Of a stretch of 64,000 bases of DNA, positions 22,768-35,630 are shown piece by piece (positions within the stretch are counted from its first letter, which is position 1; each line of letters begins with the position of its first letter). This DNA comes from Octopus vulgaris (taxonomy: Eukaryota). The position numbers were made by a program, and so were the translations under genes. Where the stretch lies: contig OX597817.1 in the NCBI GenBank assembly GCA_951406725.2, positions 111,910,001 through 111,974,000 of the forward strand, in the 5' to 3' direction. Under the pieces are notes generated by a model. The model saw nothing but the letters and a program-made list of their open reading frames with translations, was not told the DNA's origin and ran no database searches.

Positions 22768-25652
22768 GGGCAAATCGAAGTGAAGTTGATACCCCCGTCA
22801 ACGATGCTATCTCTGATGCCCTTTATTCTGCTTGTTCCCCAACTCCCGCCCCTCAGACTTCACAGCTCAGCATCGTCTACACCAACTCGTGCTCCTTATT
22901 CCCAAAGTTCAGTGAACTATTTACACTGGCCCTACGCGACTCCCCTGATGTGATAGCTATCACCGAGACTTGGCTGACTCCAGCAGTAAAGGACTCAGAG
23001 ATCCACCTGCAGGGCTACGTCCTTTTCAGATGTGACAGAGGAAAAAGGCGAGGTGGAGGTGTTGCTGTGTATGTTAAGTCTGAGCACAAACCGTCCTGCG
23101 GTATTCTACCCACAAATGCTCAACCTACAACCAAATTCGATGCCGTCTATTGCAAGCTGAGCCTATCTGAGTTTTGCCTGCCCGTGTTGGCTGTCTACAG
23201 GCCGCCTCTAGCCGACCCCCAGGACAATGCTCATCTACTCGAAGCGATAAGATTCGTTTCAGCTTCGCATGACTGCTTGGTACTAGGCGACTTCAACGCT
23301 CCCACGATCGATTGGCCCGCATCAATTTGTACAACATCTTCCCGGTTCGGCCAGGCCCTTCTTGACGTGGCTGAAGATTGTTTTCTATCGCAACATGTTG
23401 AATATCCGACAAGGCATCGGTCTGGGCAGCAGCCATCTATGCTAGATCTGGTATTCTCCCGCTATCCAAGATCAGTGTCAGACGTATCTGTGAGCGCCCC
23501 TCTTGCCAAGAGTGATCATGCGGTCCTGAAGTTCGTCATGCACACAACTTTTTCCACGCCCACGATTACTTCGCTGCCATGTAGAGTCTTCTCTGCAATT
23601 AATCTTGAAATTCTAACCTGAGGCTTCCGCGCTTCTGGACTGGCGTTCCCTGATGACGTTGTCCTCAGTTGACGAACTATGGTCATCCCTCAAAGCATAC
23701 GTAATCTGTTTGACTGACCAGGCAGTTCCCGTTGGACTTCCCAAGAGAAAGAAACACAAGCCCTGGGTGACGAAGAAGGTTAAACGAGAACGTCGACTCA
23801 GAGATATTGCTTGGGCTGAATTCAAAAATCTGGATTCGACTGCAGCTTTTGAGGTGTACAAAACTCAACGAGACCGAGCCGTGAAAATTGAAAAGAAAGA
23901 ACGCTTCAGTTATGAATACAAAATCGCGGCAAATGCCAGTAGCAATCCAAAAACCTTCTTTGCCCATGTCCAGCGGAATTCCCGCTTGAACAACCAGATT
24001 GCAACGTTGGTAGACTCAACAGGCGTATCGATTGAGGACCCTTATCAACAGAGTCAATTATTTGCCGAGGCTTTTTCAACTATTTTCAAACAAGATGATG
24101 GTCGTGAACCCCCTCCATTTGATAGATCGGTACCTCCAATGCTTCGATTGATCATCACGTGGGACCAAGTCAAACGTGTTATTCAAGGCCTCGATATCAA
24201 CAAGGGTCACGGCCCTGACGGCATACACCCACGGGTTATCAAAGCGTTGGCTCCGGTCATCTGCGAGCCCTTAACACGACTATTCAATATGTCATTGGCG
24301 ACGGGTGTTATACCTGCAGACTGGAGAACAGCGATAATCTGCCCAATTTTCAAGAAAGGGAGCCGCGAAGACCCGCTTAACTACCGACCGGTTTCCCTTA
24401 CATCAATAATCAGCAAGATGTTCGAAACCATCCTTAAGAAAAGTATGATGCTCCACCTCCTAAACACAGCCTCGATCACTGATTCCCAACACGGCTTCGT
24501 GCCGAAGAGATCATGCTTGACCAACTTACTAGTAATGGAAGAATTGGTGACGCGCATCCTCGATGATAGTGATGCTGTTGACATCGTTTTATTGGACTTT
24601 GCCAAAGCTTTTGACTCGGTAAACCACCGCCTACTACTTGTCAAGCTTCAAGCATATAGTTTCCATCCGGATATTGTACGATGGGTTGGTGCCTTCCTCT
24701 CAGATCGCTCCTTCCAAGTTCAAGTTAATGGTTCGCGGTCCGACGTCTCCAGTGCAAGCAGTGGCGTGCCTCAAGGTTCAGTGCTTGGGCCCTTGTTGTT
24801 CTTAGTCTTCATAAATGACTTGCCCGACGACCTCACGCAACACACCCTTCTATTTGCCGACGATATCAAACTGGTCGCTCCTCGCGGTAGTATAGAGGAT
24901 CTTCGTCGATGCCTCCACCAAATTTGGAAGCAGTCTAACGATTGGGACCTGTGTCTGAACGTGTCAAAGTGCTGTCATCTGCCTGTCGGCTCTACTCCTG
25001 CAACTCAACTTGATTTCGAGCCGGGTCGTCTGCTGCTGGAGAGGACCGATCAGGTAAAGGACCTGGGTATCTTGGTGGATTCCTCCTTTTCGCCTTCGGC
25101 CCAGTGCGTCCATGCTGCCAACAAAGCGCACGGAATTCTGTTTTTGATTCGACGGTCATTCGGAATGCTCACAGCAGCCATATTCCTGCCACTCTATGTC
25201 ACGCTGGTGAGACCCATATTGGAGTATGGGATTCAAGCCTCTTCTCCTTATCTCCTCAAAGACATACAGCACCTCGAAAGAGTCCAGAGGCTGGCTACCC
25301 GCATGGTTCATGGTCTCAAAAATTTGTCCTACGAAGAAAGGCTGAGGACGCTCGACCTTTGTTCTCTTGAAAAACGCCGCCGCCGTGGTGATCTCATTCT
25401 CGCCCACAACATCATAAGCGGGAAGTGTAACCTCTTGAAAGAGCTGTTCTTCACCCTGCTCCGGAGCGTCGGCTGCGGGGTCATTCCGAAAAGCTCTACC
25501 TGCGACGATTTCATCTCAATCGAAGGAGAGGAGCTTTCTCCGTCCGGGTTGCGGATCCGTGGAACAAGCTGCCAGACGAGATGGTGAAGATGCCGACGAC
25601 CGCTTTGTTCAAAGCCTCCCTGGACCTCAAGTGGCCTGAACTCTTTACATGA
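22764..25652 (+). pseudogene. LINE ORF2 (APE endonuclease + RT) with two single-base frameshifts
   Basis: ITETWL, GGGVAVYV, LGDFN, SDH; NYRPVSLTS, LDFAKAFDSV, GVPQGSVLGP, FADD; frameshifts near 23619 (ACC T GAG) and 25455; alternative frame ends WNKLP...KWPELFT* at 25652. Confidence 0.9.
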
Positions 25653-25772
25653 ACACCACCCTGTACTTAACTCCATGTCCCCCTACATGGCCTTGCTATT
25701 TGCTTTTGAGCCAAATTAACTAACTAACTAACTAACTATTTTTTGCATGTGTGTGTAAGTGGCATGCAGTCA

Positions 25773-25804
<32 letters not shown>

Positions 25805-26161
25805 TATCTTTCATATACACGTACATAAATACATATGCATACATCTTTTTTGTATGTATGTGTGCATGTGAGTGAGTGACTGTATTTCTTCATAACATAA
25901 GGAGGAATGGATGTCTTTTAATGAAATTATTTTGGTTGTGGCTTATTTTAATACAATATTTATGCGTACACTTTCATAAATGTTTGTCTGAGTAGAATTC
26001 TACACATGTATGAAACATTGGATGAAAGCGAAACATTAGAAGCAAATCGAAATATTGCCTGTAAATGACCTCAAAATTGTGTGACCAACCTTGATTCTGA
26101 GGTTATTTTAGTAGTCAAAGAGAGTTGTGCCTAAAACATAGTTTATTTGGTAGCCTTTATA

Positions 26162-27335
26162 TTGGGGCATCCCATAAATAATGCGTTTTTTTATACTTCT
26201 TTTATTTTTCAAAATTAAGATACAGTTCTTTTTTTTAAAAACAGAGGTTCTCAAACTTTTTGGGCCACCGTCCACCTCATGGCCACATAATACCCTCAGC
26301 GCACCCACCCCTATTTTTATGTATAAATAGATATTTTACTAATTTATATATACTATGAATCATTTGATATTTAATATATTATATAATTTGTATACAATGC
26401 TATAATATTATAAATTCATAGCGTCCCCCAATCCACCTTCTTCCTAATGCTTCCTTTTCCTCTACTACTCCACACTGCCCCCTTAGGCACAAGCACCCAC
26501 TTGGACACTCAACACCCATGGGGGGGGGGAGTACCCACTTTGAGAAGTTATGATCTAAAATATACTCTCCTTCATTTTCTACAATGCTCTTCTATCTGTC
26601 TGATAGACTTGCAAGTGCTCTCTTCCAAAATTCACTTGTCTGTGATAAAAAATACTCCTCCACTACTGTTCTGATCTTGTCTACAGAATTCATATTTTTC
26701 CTGCTTAATTGGGTCAATGTCCAGAAAAAATGGTGGGTGGGGCATCATTTCCCATTTAAACTACTCCAGCCTTTAGAATGTCATTCTCGCTGTATGAGGC
26801 TGGATGTTATCCTGATGGAAGAACACCTTTCATCTTGAAACCAAAGATGATCATTTTAATTCTAGCACTGACTTGACCAAATCCAAGTTTCTTTGCAAGT
26901 TCCTCAACAGTTACAATGGGATTTTGTTCCACCAGGGTTTACAGGATGTACTCGTCAAGCTCTTCAGATCTTCCAGGACAAGGCTCGTCTTTTAAGCTGT
27001 AGTTTCCAGTTTGGAATTTGTGGAACCACATTTGAGACTGGCTTATGCTTATCATCTAATCCCTAAATATTGCATTAATATGCCTCGCACTTTCCGTTGC
27101 ATTGTTGCCTTTATTGAACTTCTAAGCAAATATGCTTCTCTGTGACTTCCATTATAGCTTTGAAAAAATAACTGTTAAAATTGAACTGCACTTTTCAAAA
27201 CTTGCACTAAGAATAAGGACACGGTAAAATTACTACCTACTTTTATAGCAAGTTGATGCAGGTGGTTTATCCTGTCTCTGTCTGACTTTTAGTTCATATA
27301 ATTGGAAAAACCACATTACTTATGAGAAGACCCAA
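26162..27335 (-). mobile_element. Mariner element (internally deleted, with nested MITE)
   Basis: TA|TTGGGGCATCCCATAAATAATG ... CATTACTTATGAGAAGACCCAA|TA; colinear with 28289-29559. Confidence 0.85.
26242..26552. mobile_element. hAT-like MITE nested in mariner
   Basis: CAGAGGTTCTCAAAC ... CTTTGAGAAGTTATG; absent at the homologous position of the 28289 copy. Confidence 0.65.
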
Positions 27336-28091
27336 TATATTTGGAGGAACATTACTTTCATTATTCATACATTGTCACTCATGTAATGCAACACTTTGTA
27401 ATTTTGATTCAAATTGAAAGTGTGAAACTATTTTCTCTTTCTGATGAAACCTGGTCATTGTAGAGCAGTGTCTTTCAAATGTAGAAAATATGTAAATGAA
27501 AATAAAGTTTATTTGATAGTTGAAAGATTACTGAATCTTTTGATACCCCATATATCAAAATCAGCAACTCAGTTTTTGAATGCATAAGGAATATGTGTGT
27601 GCATGCACACGTACACAAACTCTCTTTTATATATATATGATAGATGTAGATAGATTATAATAAATAATGTATTATAATACAATATTCTTATTAAGAGATG
27701 ACCATAGATAAAATATAAGTTACACATGTATTTCCCATGCTACCATGGGTTTGTGTGTGTTGGTTTCACATGCTGTGTTTCCATGAAGTTGTGGCTAGGA
27801 TACTTAATGTTTGGATAGTTTTCCTTAGAGTTTACAGGATTAAAAGTATGAAATAAGAAAGAATTTAGCTTACAGCATTGTACTTAAGAATTAACATTAT
27901 TCATTGATCAATAATTACACATATATTGCAAGTAGTTTCATATTATTATTTCTTATAGCAATTTATTAGAATTTATGTGAGAATATGAAAGTATATACAA
28001 GATTTTCTTTAGAACTCAATATTTCATATAGCTTAATTTTGCAGGGATTAGAAATGTCATAGAAAGCAAAGAGAAAAATAAAGATACTAAC

Positions 28092-28224
28092 TATCTACTC
28101 CATAAACAATTTCTCCAGTGCCACTCTTCAAATCTACGATCCATTTTCCAGTGGTATTACCTGGACCACTGGTTATTTCAATACAGTAGATTCCTTGAGT
28201 TTTTTTCACCATTGCATCACCATC
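28092..28224 (-). CDS. SCP2: SCP2/SCPx coding exon (SCP2 domain)
   Basis: tgtag|GAT ... GAT A|gttagt; 133 nt; DGDAMVKKTQGIYCIEITSGPGNTTGKWIVDLKSGTGEIVYGVD (WxVDxKxGxG motif). Confidence 0.93.
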
Positions 28225-28288
28225 CTACATAAAATAATAAACTCAGATAAAAATTCTATATTTAAAACAAAAAGTATTCTATAAAATA

Positions 28289-29559
28289 TTGGGTCATCCC
28301 ATAAATAATGCATTTTTTTAAATACTTCTATTTTTCAAAATTAAGATAAAATTATTTTAAATCTAAAATATACTCTCCTTCATTTGCTACAATGCTCTTC
28401 CATCTATTTGGTAGACTTGCAAAGCCTCTCTTCTAAAATTCACTTGTCTGTGATGAAAAATATTTCTCTACTACTGTTCTGACCTTGTCTCCAGGATTCA
28501 TATTTTTTCCATCCAAATGATTTTGAAGAGTGTGGAATAAATGATAATCAGATGGGGCAATGTTTGGTGAATATAGTGGGTGGGGCACTGTTTCCCATTC
28601 AGACTGCTTCAGCCGTTTGGAATGTCATCCTCACTGTATGTGGCTTAGCATTCTCCTGATGGAAGAACACCTTTCATCTTGAAAGCAAAGATGGTCGTTT
28701 TTCTTCTTGTGCTGACTTAAGCTGTTCACAGTAGCTCTCCTTTGCTATCATTTGGTTTGGGTTTAAAAGTTCAAAGTGGACTAAACCTTTCATATCCCAC
28801 CAAACAGATAACATCTTATGTGGGTGGAGACTTTCTTTAGCTTGGAGTGCTGGTGTATCTCCTTTGCCTAGCCACTGTCTACAGTGCTTAACATTTTTAT
28901 AGAGAACCCATTTCTCATCACCAGTCACTATTCGGTCCAGAAAAGGTTCATTCATGAGACATAACAGCAAAGAAGAGCATACATTCACTCTCTGCATGTG
29001 ATTAGACTCGAAAGTTTGTGTGGGACCCATTGACCCAATTTGCTGGCTTTTCCAATGTCATGCAGGTGTTGATGACTGGTTGAATGACCAAATCTAAGCT
29101 TCTCTACTAGTTCCTCAACAATTATGATGGGATTTTGTTCCACTAGGGTTTGCAGGATGTCCTCATCAAGCGCAATAAATCTTCCAGGATGAGGCTCATC
29201 TTCTAGGCTGTAGTTTCCGGCTCAGAATTTCTGGAACCACCATTGACACTGGCTTACATTTATTATCTAATCCCCATATACTGCATTAATATTCCTTGCA
29301 CTTTCTATTGCACTGTTGCCTTTATAGAACTCATAAAGCAAAATATACCGAATATGCTCCTTTGTGACTTCCATTATAGCTTTGAAAAAGTAACTCTTAA
29401 AATCGAACTGCACTCTTCAACACTTTCACTAAGAATAAGGATAAGGTAAAATTACTACCTGTTTTTATAGCAAGTTGATGCAGGTAGTTTATCCTGTCTC
29501 CCTTTGACTTTTAGTCCATGCAATTGAAAAAAACCCACATTATTTATGGGATGATCCAA
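28289..29559 (-). mobile_element. Mariner element, full-length relic
   Basis: TA|TTGGGTCATCCCATAAATAATG ... CATTATTTATGGGATGATCCAA|TA; FLDRIVTGDEKWVLY and MLSVWWD (28674-29030). Confidence 0.92.
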
Positions 29560-30061
29560 TATATACTAATCACTATTTTGAAGTACCATATATACTTGAC
29601 TATAAAATGCCCTCAAATCGGGAATTTTATCATTGACCTGACTATAAGTCACAGTGACATTTTTGATGTTGGAGAGCAAAGTTCAATTAGGAATTGTGAC
29701 AACATAGTTGTTTTTTGGTAACTGAGCTTTCAGTAAGCTGAAGATGACTTACAATAATTGTTATCCCATTAAGTCCATGCATTTTAGAAACCGTTGTTTA
29801 TAATGCAAAATTTTATCCATTTCAGTTATTCCAAATGTCAAAACTTCAGATGTGGCTTGTACCCAGAAAATATCTGGAGATTTTTTTATAGGATGCGCTT
29901 ATAAGTTGCACCTCCAACTTGAGGGAAAAATTTCAAGGAAAAAGTGCAACTTATAGCTGAGTATATACGGTAATATAAACTTTAAATTTACCAAAAACTG
30001 ACTGAGTAACGTATTTAAAACAAAGCTTTCATGCATTTAAAACACAGACGCAGGTAACATA

Positions 30062-30109
<48 letters not shown>

Positions 30110-30250
30110 AGGGAGAATGTCTACATAATATCTAGCTGTAAAAGTGAGACTGTCGTTGGCTTCTTTCAAACTACTCTGACTAGACTAAAAATAATGTTTA
30201 TCACAGTTAACATTCCATTATTGCTTTAGTACAACAAAATAATATCTTAC

Positions 30251-30347
30251 AGTTTTAAGCTGCTGTTTTATCAATTGAAACACGGGATAGGATTTGAAAT
30301 CCTGTTCTGTTGGAGAACTGACATTAGACATGTTCAAAGTGGATTGC
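30251..30347 (-). CDS. SCP2: SCP2/SCPx coding exon (linker and start of SCP2 domain)
   Basis: tgtag|G CAA ... AAA ACT|gtaag; 97 nt; QSTLNMSNVSSPTEQDFKSYPVFQLIKQQLKT; phases fit on both sides. Confidence 0.9.
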
Positions 30348-30665
30348 CTACAAAAACAACAAATAGAATTTCATTTTGATATATAATTGTTTTTGCAATT
30401 TCAATAGTAATAGTACCTTGTTTCTAAATAATTTCATATGAAGTATGGCTTATTTTGGTGTGCAATTAATGTAAATTACTTTAAAAGGTATTTAGAGTGA
30501 AAATATATTTGGGGGAAAAAAAAAAAAAGAAAGAAGCATATTATAAGGGTTTGTAAATTATTTCAGTCCCACTATGTGGCATCTTGGGCAAGTGTCTTCC
30601 ATTATTGCATTTTGAATTATTGTATGTACAATCGATTATACTAATTCTCAAAATATGATAATTAC

Positions 30666-30822
30666 CTTTGAGGCTCTGAAGGGAATCCAAGTTTATAAGC
30701 AGCTACAACTGAAGCACCACCTAAGCCAATATTTTGCTGTAGAGCTAGTTTTGCATGTGGAACTTGACGTTTTTGAGCCAAACCACGTAGTTGCCAGCAG
30801 AGTTCACAACACTGAGCTAATC
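30666..30822 (-). CDS. SCP2: SCP2/SCPx coding exon (end of thiolase domain)
   Basis: cag|GA TTA ... CAA AG|gtaat; 157 nt; [51 protein letters not shown](R). Confidence 0.96.
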
Positions 30823-30892
30823 CTGTTAAATGAAAATAGTTGCAATGACAAATTACAAATTGATGTGAAAGTATTTATTCCAATATAATTCT

Positions 30893-31070
30893 TTCTAACT
30901 GTGGCACAAGGCCAGAAATATTAAGGAGGAAGGGCAAGTCAGATTGAGGAAGTTACATTGATCCCAGCACTCAACTGGTACTTTTTTTTTCTTTCATCAA
31001 ACTCAAAAGGATGAAAGGCAAAGTCAACCACTACAGTATTTAATAACAATTCTACCAGTTTGATGCCTTC
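30893..31070 (-). mobile_element. SINE family B fragment
   Basis: ggcacaaggccag..aaaggatgaaaggcaaagtcaac. Confidence 0.65.
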
Positions 31071-31131
31071 AATGTAGTAAGAATCTATATTAAGTGAAGA
31101 ACATGGAGAATGCTTCTATACAATCATTTTA

Positions 31132-31351
31132 CCCTTTTGCATTCAAATTTCTCTGTCAAATGTAATACTTATCTATTCACATTGTTTTGCATTAATCATA
31201 TATTACCTTGTTGCTCTGAAATTTTGATGATGTGATTGATTATCTTCAGAATAACATAGTAGCATAGGCGTGAGAGGCCAAATCTAGCTGATTTGAACAT
31301 AAAATAAGTGAAATATTTTGGCTAGATATGGCCAGTTTAAATGCTAAAGGG
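31132..31351. mobile_element. piggyBac-type MITE next to an SCP2 splice donor
   Basis: TTTA|CCCTTTTGCATTCAAA ... TTTAAATGCTAAAGGG|TAAA; ends 23 nt from the donor at 31375-31376. Confidence 0.7.
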
Positions 31352-31376
31352 TAAAACAATTATGTTCAGTTCTTAC

Positions 31377-31484
31377 CTGTAGCACCTAAAGGATGTCCTT
31401 TAGAAATCAAACCACCACTAGGATTCACCACAAATTTTCCTCCAAAAGTATTATCACCATTATCTATAAATTCACCAGCTTTAC
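31377..31484 (-). CDS. SCP2: SCP2/SCPx coding exon with GHP motif
   Basis: tag|GT AAA ... ACA G|gtaag; 108 nt; [35 protein letters not shown](G). Confidence 0.97.
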
Positions 31485-31879
31485 CTAATAAAAGAAAAAA
31501 AAAAAATTACAAGACAAACAAGCTACAGCATCAATACATAGAAAGTAAACAATTTTGATGGTAATCATAGATTTACTATGTGTATTCCAGTTTTAGAATA
31601 GGTACATCATGTCCTTGCATGAAGCAACAGAAAGGGCATCCAGCTGTAAAACACTGCCTCAAAAAGAAAAAAGGCCAACCCATGCAAGCATGGAAAAGTA
31701 AATGTAACATGTTGGAGGTGCTACTGCTGTTGGTGATGATAATAATTATCACAGATTGTGTTTCTTTTTTGTAAAGTAAACAGTAAAATGTGAGGAGACT
31801 GAAATTCAAACCTGCTTTAGAAAAATGGCTAAATAAGATATTTCTACCTTATATACTTGGTGAAAATTTAGTCAATGAA

Positions 31880-32172
31880 TCTTTTGTTTTCTTTGTTTCA
31901 GTCACAGGACTGCAGTCATGTTGAAGTACTGTCTCAAAGGCTTTAGTCAAACAAATTGATCCCAATACTTTTTTTTAAAGCCTGATGCTTATTCTGTTGG
32001 TCTCTTTTTGCTGTACTCTTAAGTTACAGGAAGATACACAAACACACATATAACAGGCTTCTTTCAGTTTCCATTTACCAAATCCACTCACAAAGTGCTG
32101 TACTGCGGGACTGAATTCAAGACCACATGGTTGGGAAGCAAGTTTCTTAACTACACAAGCAAGCCTACACCT
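31880..32172 (-). mobile_element. SINE family A (antisense)
   Basis: tttcagtca..cttctttcagtttcc..aatccactcacaa..accacatggttgggaagcaag. Confidence 0.75.
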
Positions 32173-32201
32173 ATGAATGTAATTATCACTATCATTTAAG
32201 G

Positions 32202-32508
32202 CAGTAGTTCCCAAACTGTTTTGGGCTGCCCCCTTGACATCCAGGCCAAATTCCTAGCACCCTCACTCCAACTAACCATCACAGGCATAGACCTCTTTCT
32301 GAAGCAAATTCAAAGCAACTGTATTTCGCAAATAAAACTTAACTCAATGAATCCATTATTTTGTTGTTTCTACATGAATCGCCACCCCATTTTCACCCCA
32401 ATTTTTACATGATTCCCTACCCCATTATTGTCCCACTTTTCTTCAATGCACCCTTAGAACTTTCCATCACCCCAGAGGGGACAATAGCTCTTACTTTGGG
32501 AACCATTG
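32202..32508. mobile_element. hAT-like MITE
   Basis: CAGTAGTTCCCAAAC ... CTTTGGGAACCATTG; 8-bp flanks atttaagg/agttaagg (7/8). Confidence 0.75.
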
Positions 32509-33224
32509 AGTTAAGGCATCAAGCTAGCAGAATCATTAGCATGCAGGGTGAAATGCTTAGCAGTATTTTGCCTGCCTTCCATGTTCTGAGTTCAAATTCT
32601 GCCAAGACTGACTTTGCCTTTCATACTTTCAGAGTCAATAAAGTAAGAACCAGCTGAATACTAGAGTCTGTGTAATCAACTTATCCCCTCCCCTGAAATT
32701 GCTATAATCTGGAACTTTGAATTCACTTGTCCCAAAAACACTTAATAACAATTTGTCAACTTTCACTGAAACCTACTCTAAAAAGTATTTATCTTATAGG
32801 GCAAAATCAGTGGGTTATATTTTTAAAGCTAAAATATAGAGAAGATATTATAATTCCATGAAGATAAAAGGGAATACATTGACAGAGTATCAAGTATCTT
32901 CACAGAGATACTGGCTTTCACTGTTCTTAATACTGAAGTACATCAATGAAAAAATTTGGCAAAATTGACTTAGTACTTATTTAGGATTCAGTGGAACTTA
33001 TGTAAAAGTTTTATCTATGATATTGGCACATCTTGTACTTTGTTTGCCTATAGAACAGCAGGGCTAAAACCTAAAGCTAGTTTAGAAGAGACTAAGTCTA
33101 CTGAGGAAATAGCTTGACATTGACGAGAAAAACATAATGAATAAGATCAAATTCAACCCAAAGAACATAAAGAAGGTAGTATCTATGAAGGATACTGCTT
33201 TGAATATTTGAGCTCTAAAATTTG

Positions 33225-33555
33225 CATGTAACTGGCACTCTGTCAATTATGATGATGAGGGTTCTAGTTGATCAACTAATCAATGGAACAGTCTGCTCAT
33301 GAAATTAATGTGTAAGTGGCTGAGACTCCAGAGACATGGGTACCATCAACGGTACCAGGGAGATTCAGCATGACACAGAGTGTAACAAGGGTGGCCCTTT
33401 GAAATATAGGTACTACTCATTTTTGCCAGCTGAGTGGATGGCAGTTATGTGAAATAAAGTGTCTTGCTCAAGGATACAATGTGTCACAGGGAATTGAACT
33501 CATGACCCTACGATCATGAGCCATCTATCCAAATCACTAAGCCATGTACTTTCAC
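33225..33555 (-). mobile_element. tRNA-derived SINE family C
   Basis: Minus-strand head tggcttagtg..gagttcaattcc followed by tccttgagcaagacactttatttcac core. Confidence 0.7.
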
Positions 33556-35259
33556 ATGTGCTGCTAAAGAAAAACTGAAAGGAGGAATATTCATAGTCCA
33601 CAGGTAAGATTATTAATGCAAGATCAACTTTCTGAATATGATAAAAGCAGAAGATAGTGGTGTTAAACTGTTCCCTCAGCCCTTAAGTGCCTTTAGTTAA
33701 GTCTGTTCATTTAAATATTTGGATCAAGTTTTCGATATGAGGACAACTCATGAATGATGCCCACCCCACATCAGTCTTGGATATCCTGTGAAAGATCAAG
33801 GTGCTTCCCATTATCCTCAACCACATTTTAGTTATGAACTTCTTTGATTACTACATTATTCTGGTGAATCCCCATAGCCATTCAGTGTTTAAAAACTATT
33901 TTTATAGGTACTTTCGAAATTCTTATTTTGTCTCTCACTCATTCTCTTGCAGAGATTTGTAATAACACTCTCTGAGAGAATGTTTCTGTGACCAGAAACA
34001 TGTTAACTATGTAAAATACTAGAGAAAGAAACCAAGCTATTTCTTGCAGTAAATATATCTAAAGCAAATTTTTTTGTACACCCTTTAAATACTATTATGG
34101 ATCCCCTAATTTACTACTTTGTTTGCATGGACCCCACCAAATCTTACATGGACCCCCAAGGGTCATATGAACTGTGGTTGAGAACCATTGCTCTAAGCCA
34201 TAAAAAGAAAAGAGGAAAAAATGATGATGAGCCTTTGTAGTTATCAGATTTCCTTAGAGTTCATCATCATTGTCTATTATCCATCTTCTGTGCTCACAGA
34301 AGCTGGCCAGTTAGAAAAACTACTCTATGCTACTGTGTGTGTTTTTGTAGGATTTTTATAGCTAGATATCCTTCCTAACACCAACCACTCTGCAGAGTGG
34401 ACTCAGTGCTTTTATGTGGCACTAGCACAGGTGAGGTTAATGTTAACATGATTTTTACAGCTGGATGTCCTTCCAAATGTCAACCACTTTACAGTGTGGA
34501 CTGGATGCTTTTTATGTGGTACCAGTACTGGCAGGGTCGACATATAACTTGCAAGACAAGGAATTATGAGAGGGGCATGAGAATTTGAGGAGGGGTACTC
34601 ATGTCAGAGGATGAATGTTTAGAGGGTGACAAAGAGACAGAGGCAGAAACAGGTGTCTTGCTATAACGGAGGGGGTACCCGACAAGATAATCCAGTATCA
34701 GGTGATGAAAAGTTAGAGTGTGACAGAGAAATATTATAAAAGGCAATTGCAACCACAATGTTGGATTAAAGTAATCTTAACTCTTTGAATGCAAAATTAA
34801 ATTCCATGGTTATTCCTAGTAATGATGATAAAGATCTACCAAAAAATAGATTTGGTATTTTCTGCCTCAATAAACTTAATGTGTCTCATCAATAAATAGT
34901 TTCAAACACGACATTCTTCAACAATATATACCAAAGATTGGTATACAAAACTGCCTCACCCAATTGAAGGTAATGAAATTTTGAGTGGATATATCTGATT
35001 TATGCACTAAAAGGATTATGGTGTGTGAGCTTCATTAGGGAAATCATTTCGATTTTTAAAATTTTACATGAGCTGAGTTCAAACTGGTGAAAGCCAGGTT
35101 GGTTTTTACTTTTCAAATTTTATTTATTGAATTTAGTATAAAAGGATTGATTATAATTAGTTGGGTAAAGTAAATTATATAAATAGAAAGAAAATTGACA
35201 GAAATATGTGAATGATATAGGATTATTTTATGAAATACCCAAGCTGAGAACTATATCTC

Positions 35260-35630
35260 TTGTACTTGTTTCAGTCATCAGATTGTGGTCATGCTGGAGC
35301 ATCTCCTTGAAGAATTTTTAATCGAATGAATCAACCTCAGTACTTATTTCTTTATTTTTTGAAGCCTAATACTTATTCTATGTGTCTTTTGCTGAACTGC
35401 TAGGTTACGGGAACATAAACACACCAAAACCAGTTGTCAAATAGTAGTGGGAGACAAACACACACACACAAATTATGGACTTCTTTCTGTTTCTGTCTTC
35501 CAAGTCCACTCACAAGGCTTTGGTTGGCCCAAGGCTATAATAGAAGACACTTGCCCATGGTGCCATGCAGTGGGACTTAAACCAGAACCATGTGGTTGGG
35601 AAGCAAGCTTCTTACCATAAAGCCACAGAT
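35260..35630 (-). mobile_element. SINE family A (antisense)
   Basis: Full reverse-complement match to the 36301 and 39343 copies. Confidence 0.8.

Larger units (their letters stand above)
21642..25738 (+). mobile_element. Young, near-full-length CR1-group LINE in an SCP2 intron (antisense to the gene)
   Basis: ORF1 (21730-22767) overlapping ORF2 (APE + RT), short 3'UTR, (TAAC)5 tail at 25717-25736; markedly more GC/CpG-rich than the flanks. Confidence 0.93.

Noticed and set aside
23613-23625. Programmed frameshift between APE and RT in the CR1 LINE
   Set aside because: No slippery sequence; LINE ORF2 is normally continuous; a single-base indel (mutation or sequencing error) suffices.
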